DNA of 64,000 nucleotides from positions 186,001 to 250,000 of the IMG/VR virus record IMGVR_UViG_3300044972_002389. One strand, given 5' to 3'. The position numbers and the translations under genes were made by a program. Positions 8,697 to 18,045 of the stretch are shown here, piece after piece. Below the pieces are notes generated by a model, which saw nothing but the letters and a program-made list of their open reading frames with translations, was not told where the DNA came from and did not search any database. Position 1 is the first letter of the stretch. Each line of letters begins with the position of its first letter.

Positions 8697-9097
8697 TTAC
8701 CTGTATCGCTGGCCTGCCCGGCAGTGGCAAAACCCATCTCATGGACAAGATTAGCGACCAATACCCACCGCTCAGAGCATGGGCGGTAGATGACATAACC
8801 GAGCTGGGGCAGTTGCCAGGAGTGCATGCTGTATTCCATCTTGACCATCTCATTATCGCCGATCCTCACTTCTGTAGAGAGAGCACCAGGGTACGTGCAG
8901 AGACTTTGCTGACGGGTTGGTATAACCGGCCCATAGAATGGATCTTTTTTGAGAACAATCCCCAACGATGCCGCGAGAACGTGCACTGTAGGAACGATCA
9001 ACGGAGGGTGTTGGGGATGATCCACATCCTAAGTCAACTCTATACCATTCCAGCAGGGGCTGATGTGCGGCCAGTATATTGTCGCATAGACTCATAA
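8690..9097 (+). CDS. P-loop kinase (polynucleotide kinase / AAA_33-like)
   Basis: Walker A GLPGSGKT near the N-terminus; C-terminal C..N..R lid pattern. Confidence 0.65.
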   Translation: MLITCIAGLPGSGKTHLMDKISDQYPPLRAWAVDDITELGQLPGVHAVFHLDHLIIADPHFCRESTRVRAETLLTGWYNRPIEWIFFENNPQRCRENVHCRNDQRRVLGMIHILSQLYTIPAGADVRPVYCRIDS

Positions 9098-9149
9098 TTT
9101 TTAGGTCTTGATCAAGACTCCTGCTATACTCAAGGCAGGAGAAACATGA

Positions 9150-10091
9150 ATGAAGAAAATACTTGTAACTGGTGGGGCTGGGTTTTTGGGCAGCCACTTG
9201 TGTGAAAGACTTGTGGCCCGAGGACACCATGTGCTGTGTGTGGACAACTATTTTACTGGATCAAAATCCAACATACAGCATTTGTTAAGCAGTTCCAATT
9301 TTGAGGTCATACGTCATGACGTCTGTGTGCCCTTATATGTGGAGGTAGATGAAATCTATAATCTTGCCTGTCCTGCAAGTCCCAAAAGTTATCAAAAAGA
9401 TCCTATTCAAACCATGAAAACCAGTTTTATGGGATCTTATAATCTATTAGGCTTGGCCAAACGCACAAAAGCAAAGATCTTTCAAGCCAGCACTAGCGAA
9501 ATTTATGGCGATCCTTTTGTTCATCCGCAACCAGAATCCTACTGGGGCAATGTAAATCCTCTGGGCCCGCGTGCCTGTTACGATGAAGGCAAACGTGCTG
9601 CTGAAACACTTTTTATGGACTATAACCGGCAACACAATGTTGACGTTCGGGTGGCTAGGATCTTCAACACCTACGGACCGCGCATGAGTGTTGATGATGG
9701 GAGAGTAGTTAGTAATTTTATTGTGCAGGCGTTACAAGGGCTGCCTTTGAGTGTGTATGGTGAAGGCACCCAAACACGTAGCTTCTGTTATGTTGATGAC
9801 CTAATTGATGGCATTTTGACATTGATGGAGTCCACATCTTCTGGCTCACAACCTGTGAATTTAGGCAATCCTCATGAGGTAACAGTCAGGAGCCTTGCAG
9901 AGCAAATCCAACGCCTCACAGGGTCCACTAGCCGGATTTTAAATTTACCGTTGCCTGTAGATGATCCACAACAGCGTCAAGCTGATATTACTAGAGCAAC
10001 AAGCATACTGGGTTGGGAGCCAAAAATCCCTCTTGAGCAAGGACTACAAAAAACTATAGCCTATTTCCAACAGGTGCTGACCAATGCCTAA
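9150..10091 (+). CDS. uxs: UDP-glucuronate decarboxylase (UDP-xylose synthase), NAD-dependent epimerase/dehydratase family
   Basis: [54 protein letters not shown] motifs. Confidence 0.92.
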   Translation: MKKILVTGGAGFLGSHLCERLVARGHHVLCVDNYFTGSKSNIQHLLSSSNFEVIRHDVCVPLYVEVDEIYNLACPASPKSYQKDPIQTMKTSFMGSYNLLGLAKRTKAKIFQASTSEIYGDPFVHPQPESYWGNVNPLGPRACYDEGKRAAETLFMDYNRQHNVDVRVARIFNTYGPRMSVDDGRVVSNFIVQALQGLPLSVYGEGTQTRSFCYVDDLIDGILTLMESTSSGSQPVNLGNPHEVTVRSLAEQIQRLTGSTSRILNLPLPVDDPQQRQADITRATSILGWEPKIPLEQGLQKTIAYFQQVLTNA

Positions 10092-10719
10092 GGTAACAAC
10101 CGCAGTTTTTATCAGTGGACGAGGCAGCAATCTCTTGAGCCTTCTCAAGGCACAAAATGATTCCCATTGCCCCTTTCAAATTCAATTGGTGGTTAGTAAC
10201 AATGAGGATGCGGGCGGATTGAAACTAGCACAAGATCATGGCGTGCAATGGGCAATCTTTCCCAACAGTGCGTACAAAAAAGATAGGGAAGGTCAAGAGG
10301 GGGCTATTCACCAACTTTTGGTGGAACAAAAGATTGAGCTAGTTGCGCTGGCTGGCTACATGCGGGTTTTGACTCCGTGGTTTGTTGCACAATGGAGTCA
10401 ACGAATTATCAATATTCATCCCAGCTTGTTGCCCAAATATCCTGGATTACACACTCACCAAAGGGCTTTGGCAGCAGGGGATCAAGAACACGGTTGCACG
10501 GTACACTATGTTACAAAAGTGTTGGATGCTGGTCCTATTATCCTACAAGCCAAGGTTCCTGTAGAGCCTGGAGATACAGAATCTGATTTGAGTCTTAGGG
10601 TATTGGTGCAAGAACACCTAATCTATCCCCAGGCATTGTCCTTGGTTTCCCAGCAACTCTGCGACAAAAAAATAGTGGGAGAAAAAGGCATTTCGCTGGA
10701 AAAACCGGTAGACAGCTGA
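10084..10719 (+). CDS. purN: phosphoribosylglycinamide formyltransferase
   Basis: [44 protein letters not shown] motifs. Confidence 0.95.
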   Translation: MPKVTTAVFISGRGSNLLSLLKAQNDSHCPFQIQLVVSNNEDAGGLKLAQDHGVQWAIFPNSAYKKDREGQEGAIHQLLVEQKIELVALAGYMRVLTPWFVAQWSQRIINIHPSLLPKYPGLHTHQRALAAGDQEHGCTVHYVTKVLDAGPIILQAKVPVEPGDTESDLSLRVLVQEHLIYPQALSLVSQQLCDKKIVGEKGISLEKPVDS

Positions 10720-10736
10720 GATGGTGATGCTATTAT
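10709..10736 (+). promoter_or_regulatory. early sigma70-type promoter
   Basis: TAGACA-16 bp-TATTAT with TGC extension. Confidence 0.65.
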
Positions 10737-10771
10737 GCGGTTGTAGGCAACGAAACAGAGGATGCTACACG

Positions 10772-11254
10772 ATGAACACCAAGCAGTTCAACATCATTGG
10801 TATTAGCCGCTTCCAGGGCGTGCTGACCTTCCGCGTTAGCAACGGCAGCATCAAGCACCGTGAGACTGTGCTGGCACGCGAAGGGCACACTGAGGTGCAG
10901 TTCAAGACCCTCCCGCAGCCCATGACCAAGGCTGATGCTGTGGCTTGGATGCGCAGCCAGGGCGTGGACGCTGTGGTGCCGGCCAAGAATCTCAAGAAGA
11001 AGATTGAGGCCATCTTGGCTGCTGAGCGGGAAGCTGCTGCTCAGAAGGCTGCCAAGGATTGGGCCGAGATGCAGACCAACAGCATGAGCAAGCTGGCTGC
11101 CAAGCGGGCCCGGGACGCTGCTCGCAAGCGGGAGAAGCGTGCTGCTGAGCGTGCGGCTCAAGAGGCTGCTAAGCAGCAGGGCATCAACCAGCTGATGGGG
11201 GCGGTTGACCAGGAGTTTGGGGTGGATGTGGAGCGTGAGCTGGCGGGGGAGTAA
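10772..11254 (+). CDS. conserved phage hypothetical protein with K/A/R-rich helical tail
   Basis: GAGGA RBS; GHTEVQFKTLPQPMTKADA motif. Confidence 0.75.
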   Translation: MNTKQFNIIGISRFQGVLTFRVSNGSIKHRETVLAREGHTEVQFKTLPQPMTKADAVAWMRSQGVDAVVPAKNLKKKIEAILAAEREAAAQKAAKDWAEMQTNSMSKLAAKRARDAARKREKRAAERAAQEAAKQQGINQLMGAVDQEFGVDVERELAGE

Positions 11255-11270
11255 GCAGAGGAATATGGAA

Positions 11271-11358
11271 CTGGTGGGGTGACGAACCCGTAAACCCAGT
11301 TTGACACCAAGAAAGCGGCTGGTGGGGTGATGAACCCGTAAACCCAGCCGCTTTCTTG
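11271..11358 (+). repeat. tandem 29-nt structured direct repeat (48-nt period); second copy enclosed in an 11-bp stem
   Basis: CTGGTGGGGTGAYGAACCCGTAAACCCAG at 11271-11299 and 11319-11347; CAAGAAAGCGG/CCGCTTTCTTG flanks. Confidence 0.85.
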
Positions 11359-11392
11359 TGAGTAAATAGGGGAACAAACAAAGGATGGGTCA

Positions 11393-11794
11393 GTGAGAGC
11401 AAGTGATTTTTTGTCGCCAAAAATTCAGTTAACTGAAAGCATAACTGGTAGCGAAATGCTGACTCTCTACAAAAGCATGCATCACGAAGAGCCCACTAAT
11501 CCTGCTATGGTCAACTGGATCAAAAGTCAAGACTGGGGCATAAAAATGATCAACCCGCAAGACTTTCCAGATCACTATGGTGATGTGCTGCCAGATGATC
11601 CTTTTAATCGGGTAATTGATATTGACGATGAGATTGTGAAAAAGCTAACCATCAAACTAGAGCGTGGAGAGCAAGTGGACCCTGTGATTATGGGACCAAA
11701 TGGCAGTGTTGTTGACGGCAACCACCGAGCGCAAGCTGCCAAGGAGGCTAGTGTAAGCATCTTGGCATATGTTCCCATGGGGCAAACTGTTTGA
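11393..11794 (+). CDS. ParB/Srx-like nuclease-domain protein, probably late and virion-packaged
   Basis: PVIM...VVDGNHRAQAA motif; TAAATA at 11363; MRASDF...LTE N-terminus. Confidence 0.75.
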   Translation: MRASDFLSPKIQLTESITGSEMLTLYKSMHHEEPTNPAMVNWIKSQDWGIKMINPQDFPDHYGDVLPDDPFNRVIDIDDEIVKKLTIKLERGEQVDPVIMGPNGSVVDGNHRAQAAKEASVSILAYVPMGQTV

Positions 11795-11825
11795 CGCAAG
11801 CTTGATAAGATCGCATACTTGACCC

Positions 11826-12824
11826 ATGAGCACATATCAAGAAGCTGGCGTTAACATAACTGCTGGAGAAGAGTTTGTTGACCAAATAAGGCCCTTGGCC
11901 CAATCCACACACCGAAAGGGCGTGTTGGGCACAATAGGCGGCTTTGGCGCAGTGTTTGACATCGGCAGCTTGGGCATGCGTGACCCCCTGCTGGTTAGCA
12001 CAACTGATGGCGTGGGAACAAAGCTGTCACTTGTCAAAGAGGCAGGCACACGCCTTCAAGGCTTGGGGCAAGACCTAGTTGCTATGTGTGTGAATGATCT
12101 TGTGACAACAGGTGCAACGCCACTTTATTTCTTGGACTATCTGGCTGTGAACAAGCTGGATCCCTCTACGCATGTTGATATCATAGAGGGCATTGCAGAA
12201 GCTTGCAGAACATCTGGTTGTGCACTAGTGGGCGGTGAAACAGCAGAAATGCCAGGAGTCTACAGCCCAGGCGATTTTGATTTGGCTGGATTCGCTGTGG
12301 GTGCTGTAGAGCGCAACAGGCTGCTTCCTAAAAATGTTTCTGTAGGTGATGCAGTAATTGCTCTGCCCAGCAGCGGAGTGCACAGCAATGGGTTCAGCCT
12401 CGTGAGGAAAATCCTTCACGACAGTGGCACAAGTCTTGATGCGCTTGTGCCTTGGGACCTTACAAAAACTTTTGGTCAAGTGTTATCTACTCCCACTGCC
12501 CTTTATGTCAGCACAATTTTGGAACTGCACACAAAAGGCCTACTTACGGCTGCTGCACACATCACTGGTGGAGGCCTGTATAGCAATCTCAAGCGTGTGT
12601 TGCCAAGTGATCTTGATTTTGAAAAAACCAGAGGTTGTCCGGTGCCTGAAGTATTTCGTTGGCTACAAACCGCAGGGCATGTCTCAGACACTGAAATGCA
12701 CTCTGTGTTCAATATGGGCGTGGGCATGTGTTTGATCTCCAACCAACCCAGCAAAGTAGTTGAGCTGTTGTGGGCGCAAGATCAAGCCTGTTACCTTATT
12801 GGGCATGTAATCAATAAGCGATGA
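11826..12824 (+). CDS. purM: phosphoribosylformylglycinamidine cyclo-ligase (AIR synthetase)
   Basis: YQEAGVNI, TDGVGTKL, VAMCVND, GGETAEMPG, SSGVHSNGFSL, HITGGG, FNMGVG motifs. Confidence 0.96.
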   Translation: MSTYQEAGVNITAGEEFVDQIRPLAQSTHRKGVLGTIGGFGAVFDIGSLGMRDPLLVSTTDGVGTKLSLVKEAGTRLQGLGQDLVAMCVNDLVTTGATPLYFLDYLAVNKLDPSTHVDIIEGIAEACRTSGCALVGGETAEMPGVYSPGDFDLAGFAVGAVERNRLLPKNVSVGDAVIALPSSGVHSNGFSLVRKILHDSGTSLDALVPWDLTKTFGQVLSTPTALYVSTILELHTKGLLTAAAHITGGGLYSNLKRVLPSDLDFEKTRGCPVPEVFRWLQTAGHVSDTEMHSVFNMGVGMCLISNQPSKVVELLWAQDQACYLIGHVINKR

Positions 12825-13018
12825 AGTATCGTGTGGAGATTTGGGAGGCAGTGCGTGGTTTAGAGCCCACTCTTATTCACGTATTGCTGTTCAACACCTT
12901 AGATGACGCCCTTACAAGAGCTAGATCCACTACCTTAGCCAACACCTTGCCTTTGGCTCCTGATTGGTACTCATTCAGTAAGGGACCATATGTTCAAACC
13001 GAAAGCATTACAATATGA
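12821..13018 (+). CDS. hypothetical protein
   Basis: ATGA overlaps at both ends. Confidence 0.55.
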   Translation: MKYRVEIWEAVRGLEPTLIHVLLFNTLDDALTRARSTTLANTLPLAPDWYSFSKGPYVQTESITI

Positions 13019-13914
13019 CCCTTCCTCACTTGCTGAGCATTGATCAGTTTGACCTCACAAGTATACACACATTATTCACAACTGTGAAAGGCATTGAACT
13101 GGGCCTCACCCAACCAGTAGCTCAAGGGAAGGTATGTACTAACCTCTTCTACGAGCCCAGCACACGCACCAGCAGTAGTTTTTATTCAGCCATGGTGCGG
13201 CTAGGTGGCGCTGTCATCCCCATCAATGATGTCAGCTTCAGCTCTGTCAGCAAGGGTGAGAACCTAGAAGACACTATTCGCACTTTGGCCAGCTATTCAG
13301 ACTGCATTGTGTTGCGCCATCCCGAAAAAGGGGCAGCTCAATGGGCTGCGGCTGTAAGTCCTGTTCCTATCATCAATGCAGGCGATGGAGTTGGTGAGCA
13401 TCCCACACAAGCTCTCCTAGACCTCTATACCATCCAGCGGCATGTGGGCTTGACTCGTCCCATTGACGTGTGCCTAATGGGTGACTTGCGTCATGGTCGA
13501 ACTGTGCACAGCCTCACCAGGTTACTGCGTCTATATGATGTGAGACTGCACATGGTGAGTCCACCAGGTCTGGAGATGCCGCAAGAACTCACAGAGGAAA
13601 CAGACAAGCTTTACACCAGCATTGACGAATGTGTGGACAAGGTGGATGTGATCTATGTTACCCGTGTGCAGAAGGAGCGGATTGCGCCGAATCTACAAAG
13701 CACGATGGGCAAGTATCAGCTCACTCCTCAGCACATGAGCCAGGCCAAGAGCAGCAGCATCATCATGCACCCTTTGCCGCGTGTTGACGAGCTGCCCAGC
13801 AGCTTGGACAGTGATCCCCGGGCCGTGTACTTCAAGCAGATGCGCTATGGTCTCTATGTGCGTCAAGCTATCTTTCTCCACATGTTCAGTGACAGCGTGC
13901 CTTGGAAGTTTTAG
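13015..13914 (+). CDS. pyrB: aspartate carbamoyltransferase catalytic subunit
   Basis: FYEPSTRT, SVSKGE, NAGDG.GEHPTQALLD, GDLRHGRTVHS, TRVQKER, MHPLPR motifs. Confidence 0.96.
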   Translation: MTLPHLLSIDQFDLTSIHTLFTTVKGIELGLTQPVAQGKVCTNLFYEPSTRTSSSFYSAMVRLGGAVIPINDVSFSSVSKGENLEDTIRTLASYSDCIVLRHPEKGAAQWAAAVSPVPIINAGDGVGEHPTQALLDLYTIQRHVGLTRPIDVCLMGDLRHGRTVHSLTRLLRLYDVRLHMVSPPGLEMPQELTEETDKLYTSIDECVDKVDVIYVTRVQKERIAPNLQSTMGKYQLTPQHMSQAKSSSIIMHPLPRVDELPSSLDSDPRAVYFKQMRYGLYVRQAIFLHMFSDSVPWKF

Positions 13915-13915
13915 G

Positions 13916-13943
13916 TTGACATCTAAACACTTCTCTGTATAGT
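13916..13943 (+). promoter_or_regulatory. early sigma70-type promoter
   Basis: TTGACA-16 bp-TATAGT. Confidence 0.75.
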
Positions 13944-13969
13944 GCGCTTGAATCCGCAAAGAGGCAACT

Positions 13970-14317
13970 ATGTTTGGCTTCATGAAAAGTTGGTTTACTC
14001 AGCCGTCTCTGTCCGTCAGATCCGCCCAGGATCTCAGCTACTTAGAGCTAATTGAAGAACTGCGAACCAGGGATGATATTGAAATCTTTGCCCGCTTGCG
14101 GTTTCGAGATCAGTGGGTGAAGAATTTTCACGAGAAAAATCCTGGTGCAAAAGTTCCAAGTGGTTTCCTCATGAGGTTTGGTGCACTGGACAGAGTGGCC
14201 TCAGAACGCATGCTGAAACTGATGAACGAACTCAGAGTCATGCGTGAGCTACCAGAAATCAGCCATGAAAAGCTGGAGAAGCACCTTGCGGGCTCCTATC
14301 CAAAGAGCATGCGATGA
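13970..14317 (+). CDS. hypothetical protein
   Basis: GAGG RBS. Confidence 0.6.
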   Translation: MFGFMKSWFTQPSLSVRSAQDLSYLELIEELRTRDDIEIFARLRFRDQWVKNFHEKNPGAKVPSGFLMRFGALDRVASERMLKLMNELRVMRELPEISHEKLEKHLAGSYPKSMR

Positions 14318-14490
14318 ACCAATTGATCGAGTTGAGTTTTTTCCTGCCCGAAATGGTTCTTTTTGGGGCAGGGCTATACACTTGGTATCATCTTTTCACC
14401 TCCATTGGAAAGTGGAGCTGGAAGCGAGTGGCTCTATACCTCTACGGTGCAGCTTGTGTCTACAGCCTTTGGATCATGGGTTACCAATAG
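14314..14490 (+). CDS. small two-TM membrane protein (not in ORF track)
   Basis: ATGA overlap; MNQLIELSFFLPEMVLFGAGLYTWYHLF...VALYLYGAACVYSLWIMGYQ. Confidence 0.55.
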   Translation: MNQLIELSFFLPEMVLFGAGLYTWYHLFTSIGKWSWKRVALYLYGAACVYSLWIMGYQ

Positions 14491-14494
14491 CTGG

Positions 14495-14522
14495 TTGACA
14501 TGCCATCAAAAGCTGCTATATT
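14495..14522 (+). promoter_or_regulatory. early sigma70-type promoter
   Basis: TTGACA-16 bp-TATATT with TGC extension. Confidence 0.75.
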
Positions 14523-14548
14523 GGCGGGGTAGAGCACGGAGACAGTAG

Positions 14549-15271
14549 ATGAGCAACTGGAAGGTAGAACCTGCTGCACCGCACACGGTGGAAGGCATGA
14601 TCTGCTCTCTTGCAGGCGTGTGCGACGGTGCAAGGCAGCATGACCAACAAGGGTTTTCTGGTGCAGACACTGAGTTTGGCCACAGCTTGGCCAATCGTGC
14701 TCAGCAAGGTAGGCCCTTCACGCTGAAGCAAGCGCAGGCTGCATTGAAGCTCGTGAACAAATACCGCCGACAAATTGGTGGGACGGACTTTGTGAAAGCG
14801 TTCCTGGAACAGCCAGTGTTCAAGCTTGCACCGCTGGATCCCAACGCAGCAGTTGGCAACCTCGAAGGCAGGCATCACAATCCGCGGCGTATCATCAGCG
14901 AACAGAAGACTGCGGTGTTCCACTTCCCTTACAATCCGGACTTGGTGGCTGCGCTGAAGATGGTCCGAGGCGAGCACAAGGGCGAAAAGTATCGGGCACA
15001 GTGGGAGCCCTCCCGCAAGGTTTGGTTGTGCCCTGTGAACGAAAGCAGCATCTGGAGCATCATGGATGTTGCAGATAAGTTTGAGTTTGAGGTGGAAGAT
15101 CGTTTCACCACTTACTTGGAGCGTGTGCGAGAAAAGACGGAAGAAAGTCGAGTTCATCTCATGCTGACAGGCGGCCAGCATGTGACATTGGCAGGCGACA
15201 CACTGATTGTGTCGGTTGACGACGCTGCCATTCTCAAGGAGATCGAAGATGAGCTCAACACTGACGCCTGA
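14549..15271 (+). CDS. hypothetical protein resembling the N-terminal (HARP-like) region of SNF2 annealing helicases
   Basis: CDGA...D..GFS..D..FG.SLA...KYRRQ and FPYNPDLVAALK...W motifs. Confidence 0.6.
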   Translation: MSNWKVEPAAPHTVEGMICSLAGVCDGARQHDQQGFSGADTEFGHSLANRAQQGRPFTLKQAQAALKLVNKYRRQIGGTDFVKAFLEQPVFKLAPLDPNAAVGNLEGRHHNPRRIISEQKTAVFHFPYNPDLVAALKMVRGEHKGEKYRAQWEPSRKVWLCPVNESSIWSIMDVADKFEFEVEDRFTTYLERVREKTEESRVHLMLTGGQHVTLAGDTLIVSVDDAAILKEIEDELNTDA

Positions 15272-15530
15272 TTGGATTGACAGAGACCTACTGGCAGAGG
15301 CATTTCGAGAGATGCCTACCCCACATGGTGCCACCTTCGACGATGGCCGCCGCTGGTGTGGACGGTGTGAGAAGCCTGTGCTCACATGTGAGGCAGTGGT
15401 TGGGGATGGTTGGGCTGACAAGATCTGTCAGCGTTGCACCAGCATCTGGCCCGAGTTCAGCGACCTCTACCAGCTGCAACTGCTGATGGCGGATGAGGAT
15501 GAAGATTATTTTCCGGATACTATGCATTGA
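15249..15530 (+). CDS. zinc-finger hypothetical protein
   Basis: CGRC...CQRC; AAGGAG RBS. Confidence 0.6.
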   Translation: MSSTLTPDWIDRDLLAEAFREMPTPHGATFDDGRRWCGRCEKPVLTCEAVVGDGWADKICQRCTSIWPEFSDLYQLQLLMADEDEDYFPDTMH

Positions 15531-15808
15531 CGCTGACAGCTCTAGACCAAATTCAATTCCCTCTCAATCTGCTCAAAACCCGTGACGCTGATCAGTGGCC
15601 CTATATGATTGAGGTTTTAGACGTGCCCAATATTACTTTGAAAAGAAACCAAACACTGGGGCTACAGCTTTTTGGCACTCCTGATGCAGAGAGTTGCAGC
15701 AGCCGATGGTCATGGCATGCCATCAGCATCCATAATTTCTCATGTGTGAGGTTTTGGTTCCGGTCCAAGGATGACTTGACACAATTTGCGTTGATGATGG
15801 AAAGGTAG
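15527..15808 (+). CDS. small protein of the F..x.D...F.L paralog family
   Basis: C-terminus RFWFRSKDDLTQFALMME. Confidence 0.6.
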   Translation: MTLTALDQIQFPLNLLKTRDADQWPYMIEVLDVPNITLKRNQTLGLQLFGTPDAESCSSRWSWHAISIHNFSCVRFWFRSKDDLTQFALMMER

Positions 15809-15811
15809 AAT

Positions 15812-16183
15812 ATGGGTATCGAAGATCTCAAGGGCATCACTCTGCTCAACATTGAGCTTGAACGCGAGCCAGACCAGCTCATGTTTTACAGCGAGTGCGG
15901 GCGTAGGTGGCGAATGTGGCACTGTCAAGACTGCTGTGAGAATGTTGTCCTCCAAGACATCATTGGCGAGCTAAGTGACCTCGTTGGTGCGCCTATTCTT
16001 GTGGCTGAGGAGCGTGTGAATGGAAGCGAGACTGAATGGGGGCACGAGACCTGGACATTTTCCGAACTAGCTACCATCAAGGGCAGCGTGACACTGAGAT
16101 GGCTGGGTGAGAGCAACGGCTACTACAGCGAAGCAGTGGATTTTGAACAGTTGATGAGTGTAGAGGAGAGTCTCCGAGCATGA
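15812..16183 (+). CDS. conserved phage hypothetical protein
   Basis: H.QDCCE.V...TWTF...TIKG.V..RWLGESNGYYSE motif. Confidence 0.8.
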   Translation: MGIEDLKGITLLNIELEREPDQLMFYSECGRRWRMWHCQDCCENVVLQDIIGELSDLVGAPILVAEERVNGSETEWGHETWTFSELATIKGSVTLRWLGESNGYYSEAVDFEQLMSVEESLRA

Positions 16184-16377
16184 GCAGCTACCTAGTGATC
16201 CGTCAAGACGACAACGGTGTGTGCACAATTTTGGCCGACAAGCTCAGTGAGCACGAAAGCCGGCGCTTGGTTGAGATGATGACCAAGCGTGGACACAAGG
16301 CCACTTACTTTGCCCAACTATATCTCAACCCTCATCAGCGCCAGCAGATTCTCATCACTCATCATGTGAATCTCTAG
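16180..16377 (+). CDS. hypothetical protein
   Basis: RQDDNG...GHKATY motif; GAGGAG RBS. Confidence 0.6.
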   Translation: MSSYLVIRQDDNGVCTILADKLSEHESRRLVEMMTKRGHKATYFAQLYLNPHQRQQILITHHVNL

Positions 16378-16385
16378 ATTTAGGA

Positions 16386-16413
16386 TTGACCATCCCTTCA
16401 AACCTGCTACAAT
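16386..16413 (+). promoter_or_regulatory. early sigma70-type promoter
   Basis: TTGACC-16 bp-TACAAT with TGC extension. Confidence 0.75.
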
Positions 16414-16437
16414 GCAGGGGTAGGAAGGAGAGCTTAC

Positions 16438-18045
16438 ATGTTGACTGTTCCAGCCTCGATTGAGAATGCTCGCAAGGTGCTGCGACTCAGCACCAAGCAC
16501 AACCTCAAGGTTGATCCCCGAGTTGAAGCTTTCTTGAACAGCATCCCTCGGGTCACCCAGCTGGAAGGTTTCAACTTCAAGCTGAAGCCTTACCAGGCAG
16601 AGGCTGTTGCGTGGTTGGAGAGCCAGCTGGGAGTTGGACTGTTGGCTGAAGAACAGGGACTGGGAAAGACCGTTGAGGTTATGGCCTACGCCCACAAGAA
16701 TCAGCTGTTTCCTATGATGGTAGTGCTGCCCAATACTCTTAAGTTGAATTGGCGGAATGAAATCATCGCGATGACTGGCACTCGGTACCAAATCAATGTG
16801 GTGGGCACTTCCTACAGCAAGCGTGCCACTGCTGAGCGAGCTGCTCGGCATCCCAATGTCATCTACAGCAAGCGGCCCACAGCCGGTTGCGACATCTACC
16901 TTGTGAACTACGACATCCTCAGTAGCAACCTCGACGACATCGAGGCATTGAATCTCAAGTTCATGGCGGTGGATGAGAGCCACAAGATCAAGAATCCCAG
17001 TGCCAAGCGCACACAGGCTTACATGCGGCTAGCTACTGGTGAGGTGGAGGAAAAGCTCAAGGGCGGTGTGCGCAAGACTCACAAGGTCAGCAAGCCTGTG
17101 CCGCGTGTGGTTCTGATTTCAGGCACTCCAATGGTAAACAGGCCGGCAGAGCTGTGGAGCACTGTCAGGAGCTTGGCCAGCTATGTGCCGCAGTTCAGCA
17201 CTTGGAACAAGTTCGCATGGCGCTTCTGCAACCCGGTGAATAACGGGCATGGTTGGAACTTCGGTGGCAGCTCGAACATGGATGAACTGCACCAGCTGCT
17301 GACAAGCCACCTCATGCTGCGTCGCTTGAAGCGGGACGTGCTGAAGGAGCTGCCGCCCAAGGTGTATCAGGTTATCCCACTGGAGTTTGACCGTGCGGAG
17401 TATGACAGCGTAGAGCGAGCCTTCAAGGGAATTGATTGGAAAGCTGGCCTTGAGACTATGATCCGCTTGGGCAGCAATGCTCCCAAGAGCGATGAGCGCA
17501 TTGTTGCGATGCAGAAGCTGCGTGAGGTGGCTGCGCTCAGCAAGCTCGCCAGCACTGTAGAGTGGATTCGAGATTATACTGAAAACGGCGAGAAGCTGGT
17601 GGTGTTTGCCCACAACCGGGCGGTGATTGACCATATCCAAGGTGCGCTAGCTGCGGACCAGGAGTGGGGCGGAAAGGTTGGAGTTATCTACGGTGGGGTC
17701 AGCAACGAAGAGCGTGCACAGGCTGTTGAGGCTTTTCAGAATGATCCCAAGACCCGAGTGATTTTGGTTAGCATCTCTGCTGGTGGTTTTGGCCTTACCC
17801 TTACGGCTGCAAATGCGGTGGCGTTTGTGCAGACGCCGTGGAGCCCTGGAGAAATTCAGCAGTGTGCAGACCGTGTGCACCGCATTGGTCAAACTAGCGA
17901 CCAGGTTACGATTTTCAACTTGGTGGCTGAAAATACTATCGAAGAGATGATGGCAGACATGCTGTTCAGCAAGGGGCAGGTGCTGGATGCGGGATTGGAT
18001 GGTGGGGCTGTGGTGAACACAGTGGACTTGCGTGCAGCGGGTTAA
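16438..18045 (+). CDS. SNF2-family (SMARCAL1/HARP-like) helicase
   Basis: LKPYQ, AEEQGLGKT, DESHKIKN, SGTPMVNRP.EL, RRLK.DVL.ELPPK, DRVHRIGQ motifs. Confidence 0.92.
   Translation: MLTVPASIENARKVLRLSTKHNLKVDPRVEAFLNSIPRVTQLEGFNFKLKPYQAEAVAWLESQLGVGLLAEEQGLGKTVEVMAYAHKNQLFPMMVVLPNTLKLNWRNEIIAMTGTRYQINVVGTSYSKRATAERAARHPNVIYSKRPTAGCDIYLVNYDILSSNLDDIEALNLKFMAVDESHKIKNPSAKRTQAYMRLATGEVEEKLKGGVRKTHKVSKPVPRVVLISGTPMVNRPAELWSTVRSLASYVPQFSTWNKFAWRFCNPVNNGHGWNFGGSSNMDELHQLLTSHLMLRRLKRDVLKELPPKVYQVIPLEFDRAEYDSVERAFKGIDWKAGLETMIRLGSNAPKSDERIVAMQKLREVAALSKLASTVEWIRDYTENGEKLVVFAHNRAVIDHIQGALAADQEWGGKVGVIYGGVSNEERAQAVEAFQNDPKTRVILVSISAGGFGLTLTAANAVAFVQTPWSPGEIQQCADRVHRIGQTSDQVTIFNLVAENTIEEMMADMLFSKGQVLDAGLDGGAVVNTVDLRAAG

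Noticed and set aside
11271-11347. CRISPR or TIGR-type array
   Set aside because: Only two repeat copies, a 19-nt interval that is part of a stem, and no cas or Nop-domain gene nearby
9150-13914. Host chromosomal DNA or prophage boundary at the metabolic genes
   Set aside because: The genes are interleaved with phage-type ORFs and phage promoters, and no integrase or att site is visible
14516-15421. 301-aa minus-strand ORF and similar long antisense ORFs (10733-11377, 16318-16983, 53237-53932)
   Set aside because: Shadows of well-supported plus-strand genes with no motifs or RBS
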